NCBI GenBank assembly: GCA_031366795.1
Contig: JANLOX010000353.1
Span: forward strand, 1 to 12,708
Source: Candidatus Eiseniibacteriota bacterium
GTDB taxonomy: Bacteria > Eisenbacteria > RBG-16-71-46
Direction: 5' to 3'
DNA: 12,708 bases
Each line of letters opens with the position of its first letter. Positions within the stretch are counted from its first letter, which is position 1. Below are positions 1-6,952 of the stretch, in pieces. A program made the position numbers and the translations under genes. The notes beneath the pieces are model-generated. The model was not told the DNA's origin, made no database searches, and saw nothing but the letters and a program-made list of their open reading frames with translations.

Positions 1-405
1 AGGGCGACCAGCGCCGATATCTCGGGCTCGACTCTTGTGGTGTCTCACACGAAGTCGCGTCGGGTTCGTCGTGTTCCCTTGACCGCTCACCTCATGAGCG
101 AGCTCAGGTCGCACATTGGCAGGCTCAATCCACTTGAGCACTCGGGCGAGTTCGCAAAGCGCGTGCGACGCAAGTCAGGCGTCGAGCACTTTCACGCGCA
201 CCAGCTCCGGCACACATTCGCGTGCAGATGGCTTGAAGCGGGTGGGTCGCTGGCTGCTCTGCAACAGATTCTCGGCCACGCATCCGTCGTGACGACTCAG
301 CGGTACGGGCGTCTCGGCGATGCACACGTTCAGGCCGAGGCAGCTCGTATCGGGGAACAACTGGTCACAAGAGTGGTCACATCGTCGCTTCGAAAGAGCT
401 CCTGA
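1..405 (+). CDS. Tyrosine recombinase/phage integrase, C-terminal catalytic part (5' end outside window)
   Basis: Frame 1 is open from base 1 (RATSADISGSTLVVSHTKSRRVRRVPL...) to TGA 403-405. Catalytic motifs: Lys in HTKS (52-54), HQLRH (199-213), LGH (271-279), Tyr in TQRY (304-306). Confidence 0.93.
   Translation, partial: RATSADISGSTLVVSHTKSRRVRRVPLTAHLMSELRSHIGRLNPLEHSGEFAKRVRRKSGVEHFHAHQLRHTFACRWLEAGGSLAALQQILGHASVVTTQRYGRLGDAHVQAEAARIGEQLVTRVVTSSLRKSS
362..381 (+). repeat. Tandem direct repeat TGGTCACA x2 (12-bp period); candidate integrase arm-type sites
   Basis: TGGTCACA at 362-369 and 374-381, inside the integrase 3' end and about 80 bp from the tRNA. The function is inferred. Confidence 0.55.
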
Positions 406-419
406 GTGAAGAACACCAG

Positions 420-448
420 TTGCCTAAGTTGCGCCCCAGGGCCATATT
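420..448 (+). promoter_or_regulatory. Candidate sigma70 promoter for the tRNA
   Basis: TTGCCT (420-425), 17-bp spacer, CATATT (443-448), ending 11 nt before the tRNA 5' end. Confidence 0.55.
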
Positions 449-459
449 CGCTTCGCTGT

Positions 460-536
460 GGCCCCGTAGCTCAGACGGATAGAGCAGCGGTTTCCTAAAC
501 CGCGTGCCGCTGGTTCGACTCCAGCCGGGGCCACCA
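460..536 (+). tRNA. trnR: tRNA-Arg, anticodon CCT, CCA encoded
   Basis: Folded by hand: acceptor GGCCCCG/CGGGGCC; D stem GCTC/GAGC; anticodon stem GCGGT/ACCGC with loop TTCCTAA (CCT at 494-496); T arm GCTGG-TTCGACT-CCAGC; ACCA at 533-536. Confidence 0.97.
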
Positions 537-574
537 CACTGATCGCCTCAAAACATTGCTGAAATGCCTCGACT

Positions 575-610
575 AGGGTGTTCCGGGCTTCTGGGGCACC
601 CTCTTTATTT
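575..610 (+). terminator. Rho-independent terminator after the tRNA
   Basis: 12-bp stem AGGGTGTTCCGG / CTGGGGCACCCT (3 G-U pairs), loop GCTT, followed by CTTTATTT. Confidence 0.75.
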
Positions 611-618
611 GGCCGGAA

Positions 619-644
619 ATGGACAGCGATGGACGGGAACGGAC
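619..644 (+). repeat. Three AYGGAC units phased at 10 bp
   Basis: ATGGAC 619-624, ATGGAC 629-634, ACGGAC 639-644. Confidence 0.45.
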
Positions 645-653
645 GTTGAGTGA

Positions 654-675
654 GGGGAGACCTCGGGGGAGACCT
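654..675 (+). repeat. Tandem direct repeat GGGGAGACCT x2 (12-bp period); candidate arm-type sites
   Basis: Exact 10-mers at 654-663 and 666-675 in non-coding DNA about 120 bp past the tRNA. Confidence 0.6.
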
Positions 676-901
676 AAATTAGTGGCGGGCCGCCGGGTGC
701 CACGGCGATTGATGAATGCAAGATCGTTGGTGTAGCTTGGAGGGATTGGATGGGGCGGTCTCGAAAGTCGATGTCGCCAAGAACGGCTCAAGTTGAGCCT
801 GCGAGCCGAACCCCGCGTCTCCAATTCCGATTCTCGTGACCTACGGGAGATTGTGGTACGCGAGTTCGACCCATCCCCAGACGCGGCCCTGGACCCATTG
901 C

Positions 902-2416
902 ATGCCCAACGCCCTCACGAAAAAAAGCGCCACGAAGTCCCAGCGAGTCCAGAAATCCCCCACCGGGATCAAGGGCTTCGACGAGGTGACGGAAGGCGGA
1001 CTTCCAAAGCACCGGACCACACTCATTTGTGGCGGAGCCGGTTCAGGCAAGACACTTCTCGGGATGGATTTCCTCGTGAACGGCGTCATCACCTTCAACG
1101 AGCCCGGCGTGTTCATGTCCTTCGAGGAGACCGAATCCGAACTCTTCGAAGACGTGGCGTCACTGAACTTGGACCTACGGGACCTCGTCCAACAGAAAAA
1201 AATCCGGCTCGACCATGTCGTCTTGGAGCGAAAAGACATCAGGGATGACGGCGAGTTCGACCTCGAAGGGATCTTCGTTCGCTTGGAACACGCCATCGAA
1301 GACATCGGCGCCAAACGGGTCGTCATCGACTCGATCGAATCGCTCTTTGCGGGCGTCAGAGATCCCGGCGTTCTCCGCCTCGAGGTCAAGCGACTATTCC
1401 GGTGGCTGAAGACCAAGAAAGTGACCGCGCTGGTGACGGGCGAGCCCGGACGCGATTCGCTGACTCGGCACGGTCTGGAAGAGTACCTCTCCGACTGCAT
1501 CATCCTCCTGGACAACCGCGTCAAGAACCAGGTCGCGATCCGAAGAATCCGCGTCGTCAAATATCGCGGCTCCAAGCATGGGACGAACGAATACCCGTTC
1601 GTCATTGACGATGATGGACTCTCGGTCATTCCCATCACTTCTATAAGCCTCAACCAACCAGGCACAGCCAAGAGGGTCTCCACTGGGATCCCTTCGCTCA
1701 ACAAGTTGTTCAAGGGACACGGTTTCACAAGAGGCAGCACAGTGCTTGCTTCCGGCACGGCAGGCACTGGGAAAACGAGCCTGGCAGCTGCATTCGCGGT
1801 TGCCAGCTGCGAAAGGGGAGAGCGATGCCTCTTCCTGTCCTACGAGGAATCATCAGGCCAACTCATCCAAAACATGGGCTCGATCGGGTTCGACCTCGCA
1901 CCTTGGGTGAAGAAAGGGCTGTTGAAGATCGTGTCAACCAGGCCAGCATTCTTCGGGCTCGAAATGCACCTGCTTGACCTCTACAAGGCCATTGATTCAT
2001 TCGAACCAAAGACCGTCGTCATCGATCCCCTCACGAGCCTCCTTGGACAAGGCGACCCCAGCGAAATCCAGTCGATGATCACCCGCATGATCGATCTGCT
2101 AAAGACGAGGGGCGTCACCGGGTTCTTCACGAGTCTCGTCTCGTCAAACTCCCAGAACGATACCTCCGGCGAGATCGGCGTCTCGTCCTTGATCGACACG
2201 TGGATCGTAGTGCGAGAACTAGAAGGGGACGAAGGCAGGAGACGCATCCGCGGCCTCTACATCGTCAAGTCCCGCGGCACTGCCCACTCCAGCGATGTCC
2301 ACAAACTCGTCCTCAGCGACGCTGGGATCACCATCGTGCCCATGAATTCAAGCATCAGCGGGCTGAGTGTTGGAGAGAGCCGCAAAATGGCTAAGAAACA
2401 CAAGGCCCAGAAGTAA
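902..2416 (+). CDS. kaiC: Circadian clock protein KaiC (double-domain ATPase/autokinase, non-cyanobacterial KaiC2-like)
   Basis: CI: PTGIKGFDEVTEGGLP, Walker A GGAGSGKT, SFEE, IDSIE, GLEEYLSD, VVKYRGS. CII: RVSTGI, GTAGTGKT, SYEE, phospho-site region GVSSLIDTW, IVKSRG. ATG 902 is preferred to the track's 836 start because the extra N-terminus does not look KaiC-like. Confidence 0.95.
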   Translation: MPNALTKKSATKSQRVQKSPTGIKGFDEVTEGGLPKHRTTLICGGAGSGKTLLGMDFLVNGVITFNEPGVFMSFEETESELFEDVASLNLDLRDLVQQKKIRLDHVVLERKDIRDDGEFDLEGIFVRLEHAIEDIGAKRVVIDSIESLFAGVRDPGVLRLEVKRLFRWLKTKKVTALVTGEPGRDSLTRHGLEEYLSDCIILLDNRVKNQVAIRRIRVVKYRGSKHGTNEYPFVIDDDGLSVIPITSISLNQPGTAKRVSTGIPSLNKLFKGHGFTRGSTVLASGTAGTGKTSLAAAFAVASCERGERCLFLSYEESSGQLIQNMGSIGFDLAPWVKKGLLKIVSTRPAFFGLEMHLLDLYKAIDSFEPKTVVIDPLTSLLGQGDPSEIQSMITRMIDLLKTRGVTGFFTSLVSSNSQNDTSGEIGVSSLIDTWIVVRELEGDEGRRRIRGLYIVKSRGTAHSSDVHKLVLSDAGITIVPMNSSISGLSVGESRKMAKKHKAQK

Positions 2417-2420
2417 CTCA

Positions 2421-3011
2421 GTGGGTACATCACGCCCAACGTTCATCGTGGGTATAGGCGGATCAGCCGGAGGCTTGAACGCCTACCGAGCTCTCCTCGA
2501 CGCGCTGCCCTCCACAACGGGCATGGCCTTCGTCATTATTTCCCACATGAACCCCGACGCTCAGAGCTACCTCGCTGACCTCTTGTCGCGCCGCTCGAGG
2601 ATGCCGGTCAAAGTTGCAGCCCACGCCATGCCGATCCACGCAGACCACGTCTACGTGATCCCGGAGAACTCCGACCTCTTCATCGAGAACCACGCCTTCA
2701 AAGTCGTCACCCCTCGTGCCGTACGGAACAACCAGATCGATCTCTTCTTGCGATCGCTCGCGGAAGCCATGGGCCCCAACGCGATCGGCGTCATCCTCAC
2801 CGGATACGACGGCGACGGTTCCGACGGATGCAAACAGATCAAAGCCAAGGGAGGAACGACGTTCGCGCAAGACGAATCGGCCGAGGTGGGTGGGATGCCC
2901 AAGAGCGCGCAAGCAACAGGCGCCGTCGACTTCGTACTCCCCGTGCGCGAGATCGCAACCGAATTGGGCCGCATGAGCCGTCGCCATTCCGCGCAACTCC
3001 GGCGTGGGTGA
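2421..3011 (+). CDS. cheB: Stand-alone CheB methylesterase/deamidase domain (no receiver, no CheR)
   Basis: IVGIGGSAGG (Ser), IISHM (His), LTGYDGDG (Asp), IKAKGGTTFAQD, GMPKSA. GTG 2421 lies 4 nt after the kaiC stop; the track's 2367 start overlaps kaiC. Confidence 0.9.
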   Translation: MGTSRPTFIVGIGGSAGGLNAYRALLDALPSTTGMAFVIISHMNPDAQSYLADLLSRRSRMPVKVAAHAMPIHADHVYVIPENSDLFIENHAFKVVTPRAVRNNQIDLFLRSLAEAMGPNAIGVILTGYDGDGSDGCKQIKAKGGTTFAQDESAEVGGMPKSAQATGAVDFVLPVREIATELGRMSRRHSAQLRRG

Positions 3012-3116
3012 TAGAGCCGCGAGCGATGAGCGCGAGATATCGTTCTCGATCCCAGACGCGTCGGTGGTGTGAGGGGCGGGGCGAATGGCAACGAGTCCCG
3101 GCTCGGCACGGCGACA

Positions 3117-3176
3117 TTCCAAAACCGCCTACACCGCGGGTTCGACTCCAGCCGGGGCTACCCTATTGATCGCCTC
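3117..3176 (+). repeat. Degenerate duplicate of the tRNA-Arg 3' half plus downstream flank (attR-like)
   Basis: GGTTCGACTCCAGCCGGGGC is exact (3139-3158 = 512-531). TGATCGCCTC is also exact (3167-3176 = 540-549). TTCCAAAACCGC (3117-3128) matches TTCCTAAACCGC (492-503) at 11/12. Confidence 0.88.
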
Positions 3177-3276
3177 CGCCCCTCCCGACACCTACGCCGA
3201 GGCCACGCCCCTGACTCGCCGTTGCCGTTCTCGCGCTCAACTGGTGGCGTGATCGCGAGCCGGGTAGAGTCTCGTC

Positions 3277-5616
3277 ATGGACATGATCGGCCGAATGCTT
3301 TCGCACTACCGGGTGATCGAGAAGCTCGGCGAAGGCGGCATGGGCGCGGTCTTTCGCGCTGAAGACGTCAGGCTCGGGCGTCAGGTCGCCCTGAAGACGC
3401 TGCCCGCGTTGCGCGAGGCGGACGATCGCGACCGCCAGCGGTTCCTCGCCGAGGCACGCGCGCTGGCGCTGCTTGAGCATCCCCACATTTGCCTGCTCTA
3501 CGAACTCGGCGAGGCGGAGGGCGAACCGTTCCTCGCGATGCAATTGGTCGAGGGCGAAAGCCTGGGCCAGCTCGTCCGTCGCGGGCGCCTCGCGGTCGAT
3601 CGCGCACTTGAAGTAGTTCAGGTCGTCGCCTCGGCTCTGGGCGCCGCACATGCGCGGGGCATCGTCCACCTTGACGTGAAGTGCGACAACATCCTGCTGG
3701 GCCGGGACGGAAGCATCAAGCTTACCGACTTCGGGCTGGCGCGGCTCAGTGAAGTGGCGAGCCACTCCTCGCGGAGTGCGCTCGCGGGCACCGCGGCTTA
3801 CATGGCGCCGGAACAGATCGAGGGGCGCGGCGCGGGTGCGGCGGCCGATCAATTCGCGCTCGGAGTTGTCGCCTATGAATGCCTTACCGGCACGCGACCC
3901 TTCACGGGGGACTCGTTGATGACCGTGATGTATGCCATCTGCAACACCGAGCCACCGCCCGTCTCACGAGCGCGTCCGGAGCTGACTCTCCGATGGGATG
4001 AGACGATCTCCCGCGCGCTGCACAAGGACCCGTCGCGCCGCTTCCCCGGCGTGCGGGAGTTCGGTGCCGCGTTGAGCTTGCAGGGTGCCACCGCATCGCC
4101 GCGGAATCAGCGGCCCGCGCTGACTTCGCTTGCAGTGCTGTATTTCGAGAATCTCTCACCGTTTCCCGACACGGATTACTTCTGCGCCGGGATCACTGAG
4201 GACATTCTCACGGACCTGTCCAAGCTGCCCGGGCTGCAAGTCGCCTCGCGCAACGCCGTCGCGCGACTGCGTGGCCAAGCGGTCGACATCCCACGCGTTG
4301 CCGCAGAATTGGGGGTGGGAGCGGTGCTCGAAGGCAGCGTGCGGCGATCGGGGACCCAGGTGCGCATCACGGCGCAGCTGATCGATGCGGCCACCGGGTT
4401 TCACTTGTGGGCCGAGCGATACGACCGCCAGCTGGAGGACGTGTTCGCGGTGCAGGAAGACATCGCCCGCTCCATTGCGGGCGCACTGCGCGGCGCGCTC
4501 ACCTCCGAGGAAACGGCGGGGCTCCAGCAGGGGCGTCCTGCCAATGCTTGGGCGTACGACCTCTATTTGAAAGGGCGCGCGCTCTATACGCAATACGTGT
4601 TCGAGGACAATCGCCGCGCGCTCGAGATGTTCGAACAGGCGCTCGCCATTGAGCCGGACTACGCGCTGGCATGGGCGGGCGTCGCGGACTGCTGCGGCCA
4701 AATCATCGACAAGGCGTGGGATGCATCTCCGGGCTGGCTCGACCGCGGTCTCGCTGCGGCCAGGCGGTCCGTCGAGCTCGACCCGCGGCTGCCCGAGGCG
4801 TACAAGGCCCTCGCGCTCATCCAGGAGATGCGAGGCGAGCTCGACGAATCGAGGAGCTCGCTCCACCGTGCGATCGAAATCAATCCACGGTTCGAATCTG
4901 CACTCGTCAACCTGTCATCCCTGATCCTCGAGACGGGCGACGTTGCGCGTTTCGAACGCTGCCTGCGACGGGTGCTCGAGATCGACCCCACATCATCGTA
5001 CGCCTATCTGTGGCTCGGGCTCGGTCTCATGCTCACGCATCGCTTCCATGAGGCGATCGAAGTGACTCGCCGGCTCCAGGCGCTCGACCAGAGTCCGTAC
5101 TATGAAGAGTTCAGCCTGCTCGTTCGCATCATCTCCTTCGGCAATCTCGCGGATGCGGCGGGCGCGCGGAGCGAGTTGAAAAGCCTCGAGCGAAGCCTGC
5201 CCGGGGCCGGATGGACCGGCGATGCCCGCGCTTACATCGCGCTGCTCGAGGGCGACCCCGAACCCGGGCGGCGGCTGCTCGAAAGCAGCGCACTCGAGCG
5301 AACGGGGCCATCCACCGGTTCTGAACTGCGCGTCGATCTCGCCGCGCGCCTCGGGGACGCGCACCGCGCGGTGGCCCTCCTGCGCAGGGCCGAGCACGAT
5401 CCGGGCATGGAGTGGGCGCGCAAGTTCGCGATTCTGCGCGTCCAGCCTGGGCTGCGAAGCATTCGCGAGAGCTCCGAGTTTCGGGCGTGGATCGGGTCGC
5501 GCGGCAGCCGCATGGTGTGGCCGCTCGAGGCACCGGCGCTGTCGTTCGAAGATCGCGCGCAATTTACCGACTACTCCGAGGCCAGCGGATTGGTGCAGGG
5601 CGCGGATGTCCCGTAG
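3277..5616 (+). CDS. Hanks-type Ser/Thr protein kinase with TolB-like domain and TPR repeats
   Basis: GEGGMG, VALK, HLDVKCDN, DFG and YMAPE kinase motifs. Then SLAVLYFENLS...LEGSVRR...VRITAQLID...LWAERYDR (TolB-like/FlgO-type module) and TPR-like units (ALAIEPDYALAWAGVA, VELDPRLPEAY, IEINPRFESA). No obvious TM segment. Confidence 0.92.
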   Translation: MDMIGRMLSHYRVIEKLGEGGMGAVFRAEDVRLGRQVALKTLPALREADDRDRQRFLAEARALALLEHPHICLLYELGEAEGEPFLAMQLVEGESLGQLVRRGRLAVDRALEVVQVVASALGAAHARGIVHLDVKCDNILLGRDGSIKLTDFGLARLSEVASHSSRSALAGTAAYMAPEQIEGRGAGAAADQFALGVVAYECLTGTRPFTGDSLMTVMYAICNTEPPPVSRARPELTLRWDETISRALHKDPSRRFPGVREFGAALSLQGATASPRNQRPALTSLAVLYFENLSPFPDTDYFCAGITEDILTDLSKLPGLQVASRNAVARLRGQAVDIPRVAAELGVGAVLEGSVRRSGTQVRITAQLIDAATGFHLWAERYDRQLEDVFAVQEDIARSIAGALRGALTSEETAGLQQGRPANAWAYDLYLKGRALYTQYVFEDNRRALEMFEQALAIEPDYALAWAGVADCCGQIIDKAWDASPGWLDRGLAAARRSVELDPRLPEAYKALALIQEMRGELDESRSSLHRAIEINPRFESALVNLSSLILETGDVARFERCLRRVLEIDPTSSYAYLWLGLGLMLTHRFHEAIEVTRRLQALDQSPYYEEFSLLVRIISFGNLADAAGARSELKSLERSLPGAGWTGDARAYIALLEGDPEPGRRLLESSALERTGPSTGSELRVDLAARLGDAHRAVALLRRAEHDPGMEWARKFAILRVQPGLRSIRESSEFRAWIGSRGSRMVWPLEAPALSFEDRAQFTDYSEASGLVQGADVP

Positions 5617-5756
5617 AGGAGCATCTTCTGCGCCCCATGATGGGCAAGTTGTAGAAACAGGCGCCTAAGGCTCACCGGGATCTGCAACGATGGGCACCCA
5701 CCTGCCGATTACCTTCGCCGGCGCGCCGTTTCGCGTCGGCATGGGCGTGTTGCCGT

Positions 5757-5772
5757 CGGCACGAATGGTGCA
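5757..5772 (+). promoter_or_regulatory. Candidate sigma54 -24/-12 promoter
   Basis: CGGCACGAATGGTGCA has GG-N10-GC spacing and a GGCACG core, 46 bp upstream of ATG 5819. Confidence 0.55.
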
Positions 5773-5818
5773 GTTCAAAGAACTAAGCAGACCGGCACCA
5801 GCGATAGGGGAGGGGTCC

Positions 5819-6025
5819 ATGGCACGATACGGAAAAGCTTCGCAGGAATCGGTACATCGAGCGATGCACAAGCTGGAGCACGGCACGCTCAGGAGCGGTG
5901 GCAGCGGCGCGAAGGTGAAGAGCCGCCAGCAGGCGATCGCGATCGGACTGTCGGAAGCGCGAGCCAAGGGGGCGAAGGTGCCCGCAGCGAAGCCACGCTC
6001 CAAGAGCGCTTCGAAGAAGCGTTAG
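5819..6025 (+). CDS. Small basic protein, DUF6496-like (68 aa)
   Basis: Strong SD GGGGAGGGG before ATG 5819. Sequence MARYGKASQESVHRAMHKLEHGTLRSGGSGAKVKSRQQAIAIGLSEAR matches the recalled family signature. Confidence 0.8.
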   Translation: MARYGKASQESVHRAMHKLEHGTLRSGGSGAKVKSRQQAIAIGLSEARAKGAKVPAAKPRSKSASKKR

Positions 6026-6028
6026 CCA

Positions 6029-6949
6029 TTGGAAGCCTCCCGAGTGACCGCGTCGCCCCGCAGGAAGCCACACGCCGAAGCGGCCATGCCCCGAATCGTG
6101 CGGTCGCGGCGCGGCAATGTCTGGGTTTGGTCGTTGCGCGCCTTCAATGCGCATGGCGGCTTCCAGCTCGCCGCGTCAATCGCATACTACGTGGTGTTCG
6201 CGTTCGTTCCAGTGCTGACGCTGGCGCTTGCTGCGATGGGTCTCGTCATTCGCGACCCGCGCGTATTGCAAGGGGTTGTGGAGGGTGTCCTCCTGAATAT
6301 TCCCCTGCGCTCCGGTCCCGGCGACAACCTGATCACTGACACGCTTCACCAGGTGTCCAGCCGGACGGGAACGCTCACGCTCATTGGCGTGATCGCGCTG
6401 TTCTGGGCGAGCAGCGGGATCTTTGGGGCGATCCGCTTTTCACTGAACAAGGTGTGGGAGACGGAGCCCGGACACGGCATGTTCCGTCAAATGCTGAGCG
6501 ATGCCGGCGCGATGCTCGGGCTGGGGCTGTTGCTTGGCACGTCGGTCGTGGGTACGACTGGGCTGCACATGTTGCAGGCCGGCTGCGTGCAGGGGACATT
6601 CGTCAATGGTTGCGCTCCGTTGCCACTCATGATCGCCGGACTTGCGGTTCCCGCGGTGTTCTCATTCTTGGTCTTTTTGCTCGTGTACCGCTATACCCCG
6701 AACGTCGACCACGGACTGCGCAACGTCTGGCCCGCGGCGCTGGTTGCCACGATCCTGTTCGAATCAAGCAAGCATCTCTTTGCTTATTATGTGGCCCACT
6801 TCAACCGCTACCAGGCCACCTATGGAGCGCTGGGCGGCGTGATGCTCTTCATGCTGTGGACCTACCTGTCGGCGATCGTCCTGCTCTTTGGGGCCGAGCT
6901 CGCAAGTGCGAAGTGGCAGCTTCGCGCCATACGGCTCGCCACGAAGTAG
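6029..6949 (+). CDS. YihY/virulence factor BrkB family membrane protein
   Basis: AASIAYY..FAFVP, WASSGIF...LNKVW, LVYRYTPN, TYGALGGVMLFMLWTYLS..LLFGAEL, several hydrophobic helices. Start uncertain (TTG 6029, GTG 6044 or ATG 6086). Confidence 0.9.
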   Translation: MEASRVTASPRRKPHAEAAMPRIVRSRRGNVWVWSLRAFNAHGGFQLAASIAYYVVFAFVPVLTLALAAMGLVIRDPRVLQGVVEGVLLNIPLRSGPGDNLITDTLHQVSSRTGTLTLIGVIALFWASSGIFGAIRFSLNKVWETEPGHGMFRQMLSDAGAMLGLGLLLGTSVVGTTGLHMLQAGCVQGTFVNGCAPLPLMIAGLAVPAVFSFLVFLLVYRYTPNVDHGLRNVWPAALVATILFESSKHLFAYYVAHFNRYQATYGALGGVMLFMLWTYLSAIVLLFGAELASAKWQLRAIRLATK

Positions 6950-6952
6950 TGG

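Larger units (their letters stand above)
512..3176. mobile_element. ~2.6 kb genomic islet at the tRNA-Arg 3' end carrying kaiC-cheB, with no internal integrase
   Basis: Bounded by direct repeats of the tRNA 3' end (512-549 vs 3139-3176, 34/38 identical). Hand-counted GC is 32/60 in each of the lines starting at 1621 and 1681, versus 43/60 in the line starting at 3421. Confidence 0.75.

Noticed and set aside
854..868. sigma54 promoter for kaiC (TGGTACGCGAGTTCG)
   Set aside because: The -24 half is good, but the -12 position reads CG instead of the near-invariant GC.
676..901. kaiB or kaiA upstream of kaiC
   Set aside because: No KaiB-like motifs (LRLYVAG, ATPTL) in the ORFs here, and little room for such a gene.
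841..1767. 308-aa antisense ORF, and other long shadow ORFs (e.g. 3163-3852, 4156-4866, 8683-9309)
   Set aside because: They overlap well-supported genes and have low-complexity Ser/Arg/Pro/Ala-rich translations typical of high-GC alternative frames.
3069..3165. Second functional tRNA gene
   Set aside because: No D arm or matching 5' acceptor strand, broken anticodon stem and no CCA. Treated as an att remnant.
5690..5818. N-terminal extension of the DUF6496 ORF
   Set aside because: Family similarity, SD and the candidate promoter all point to ATG 5819.
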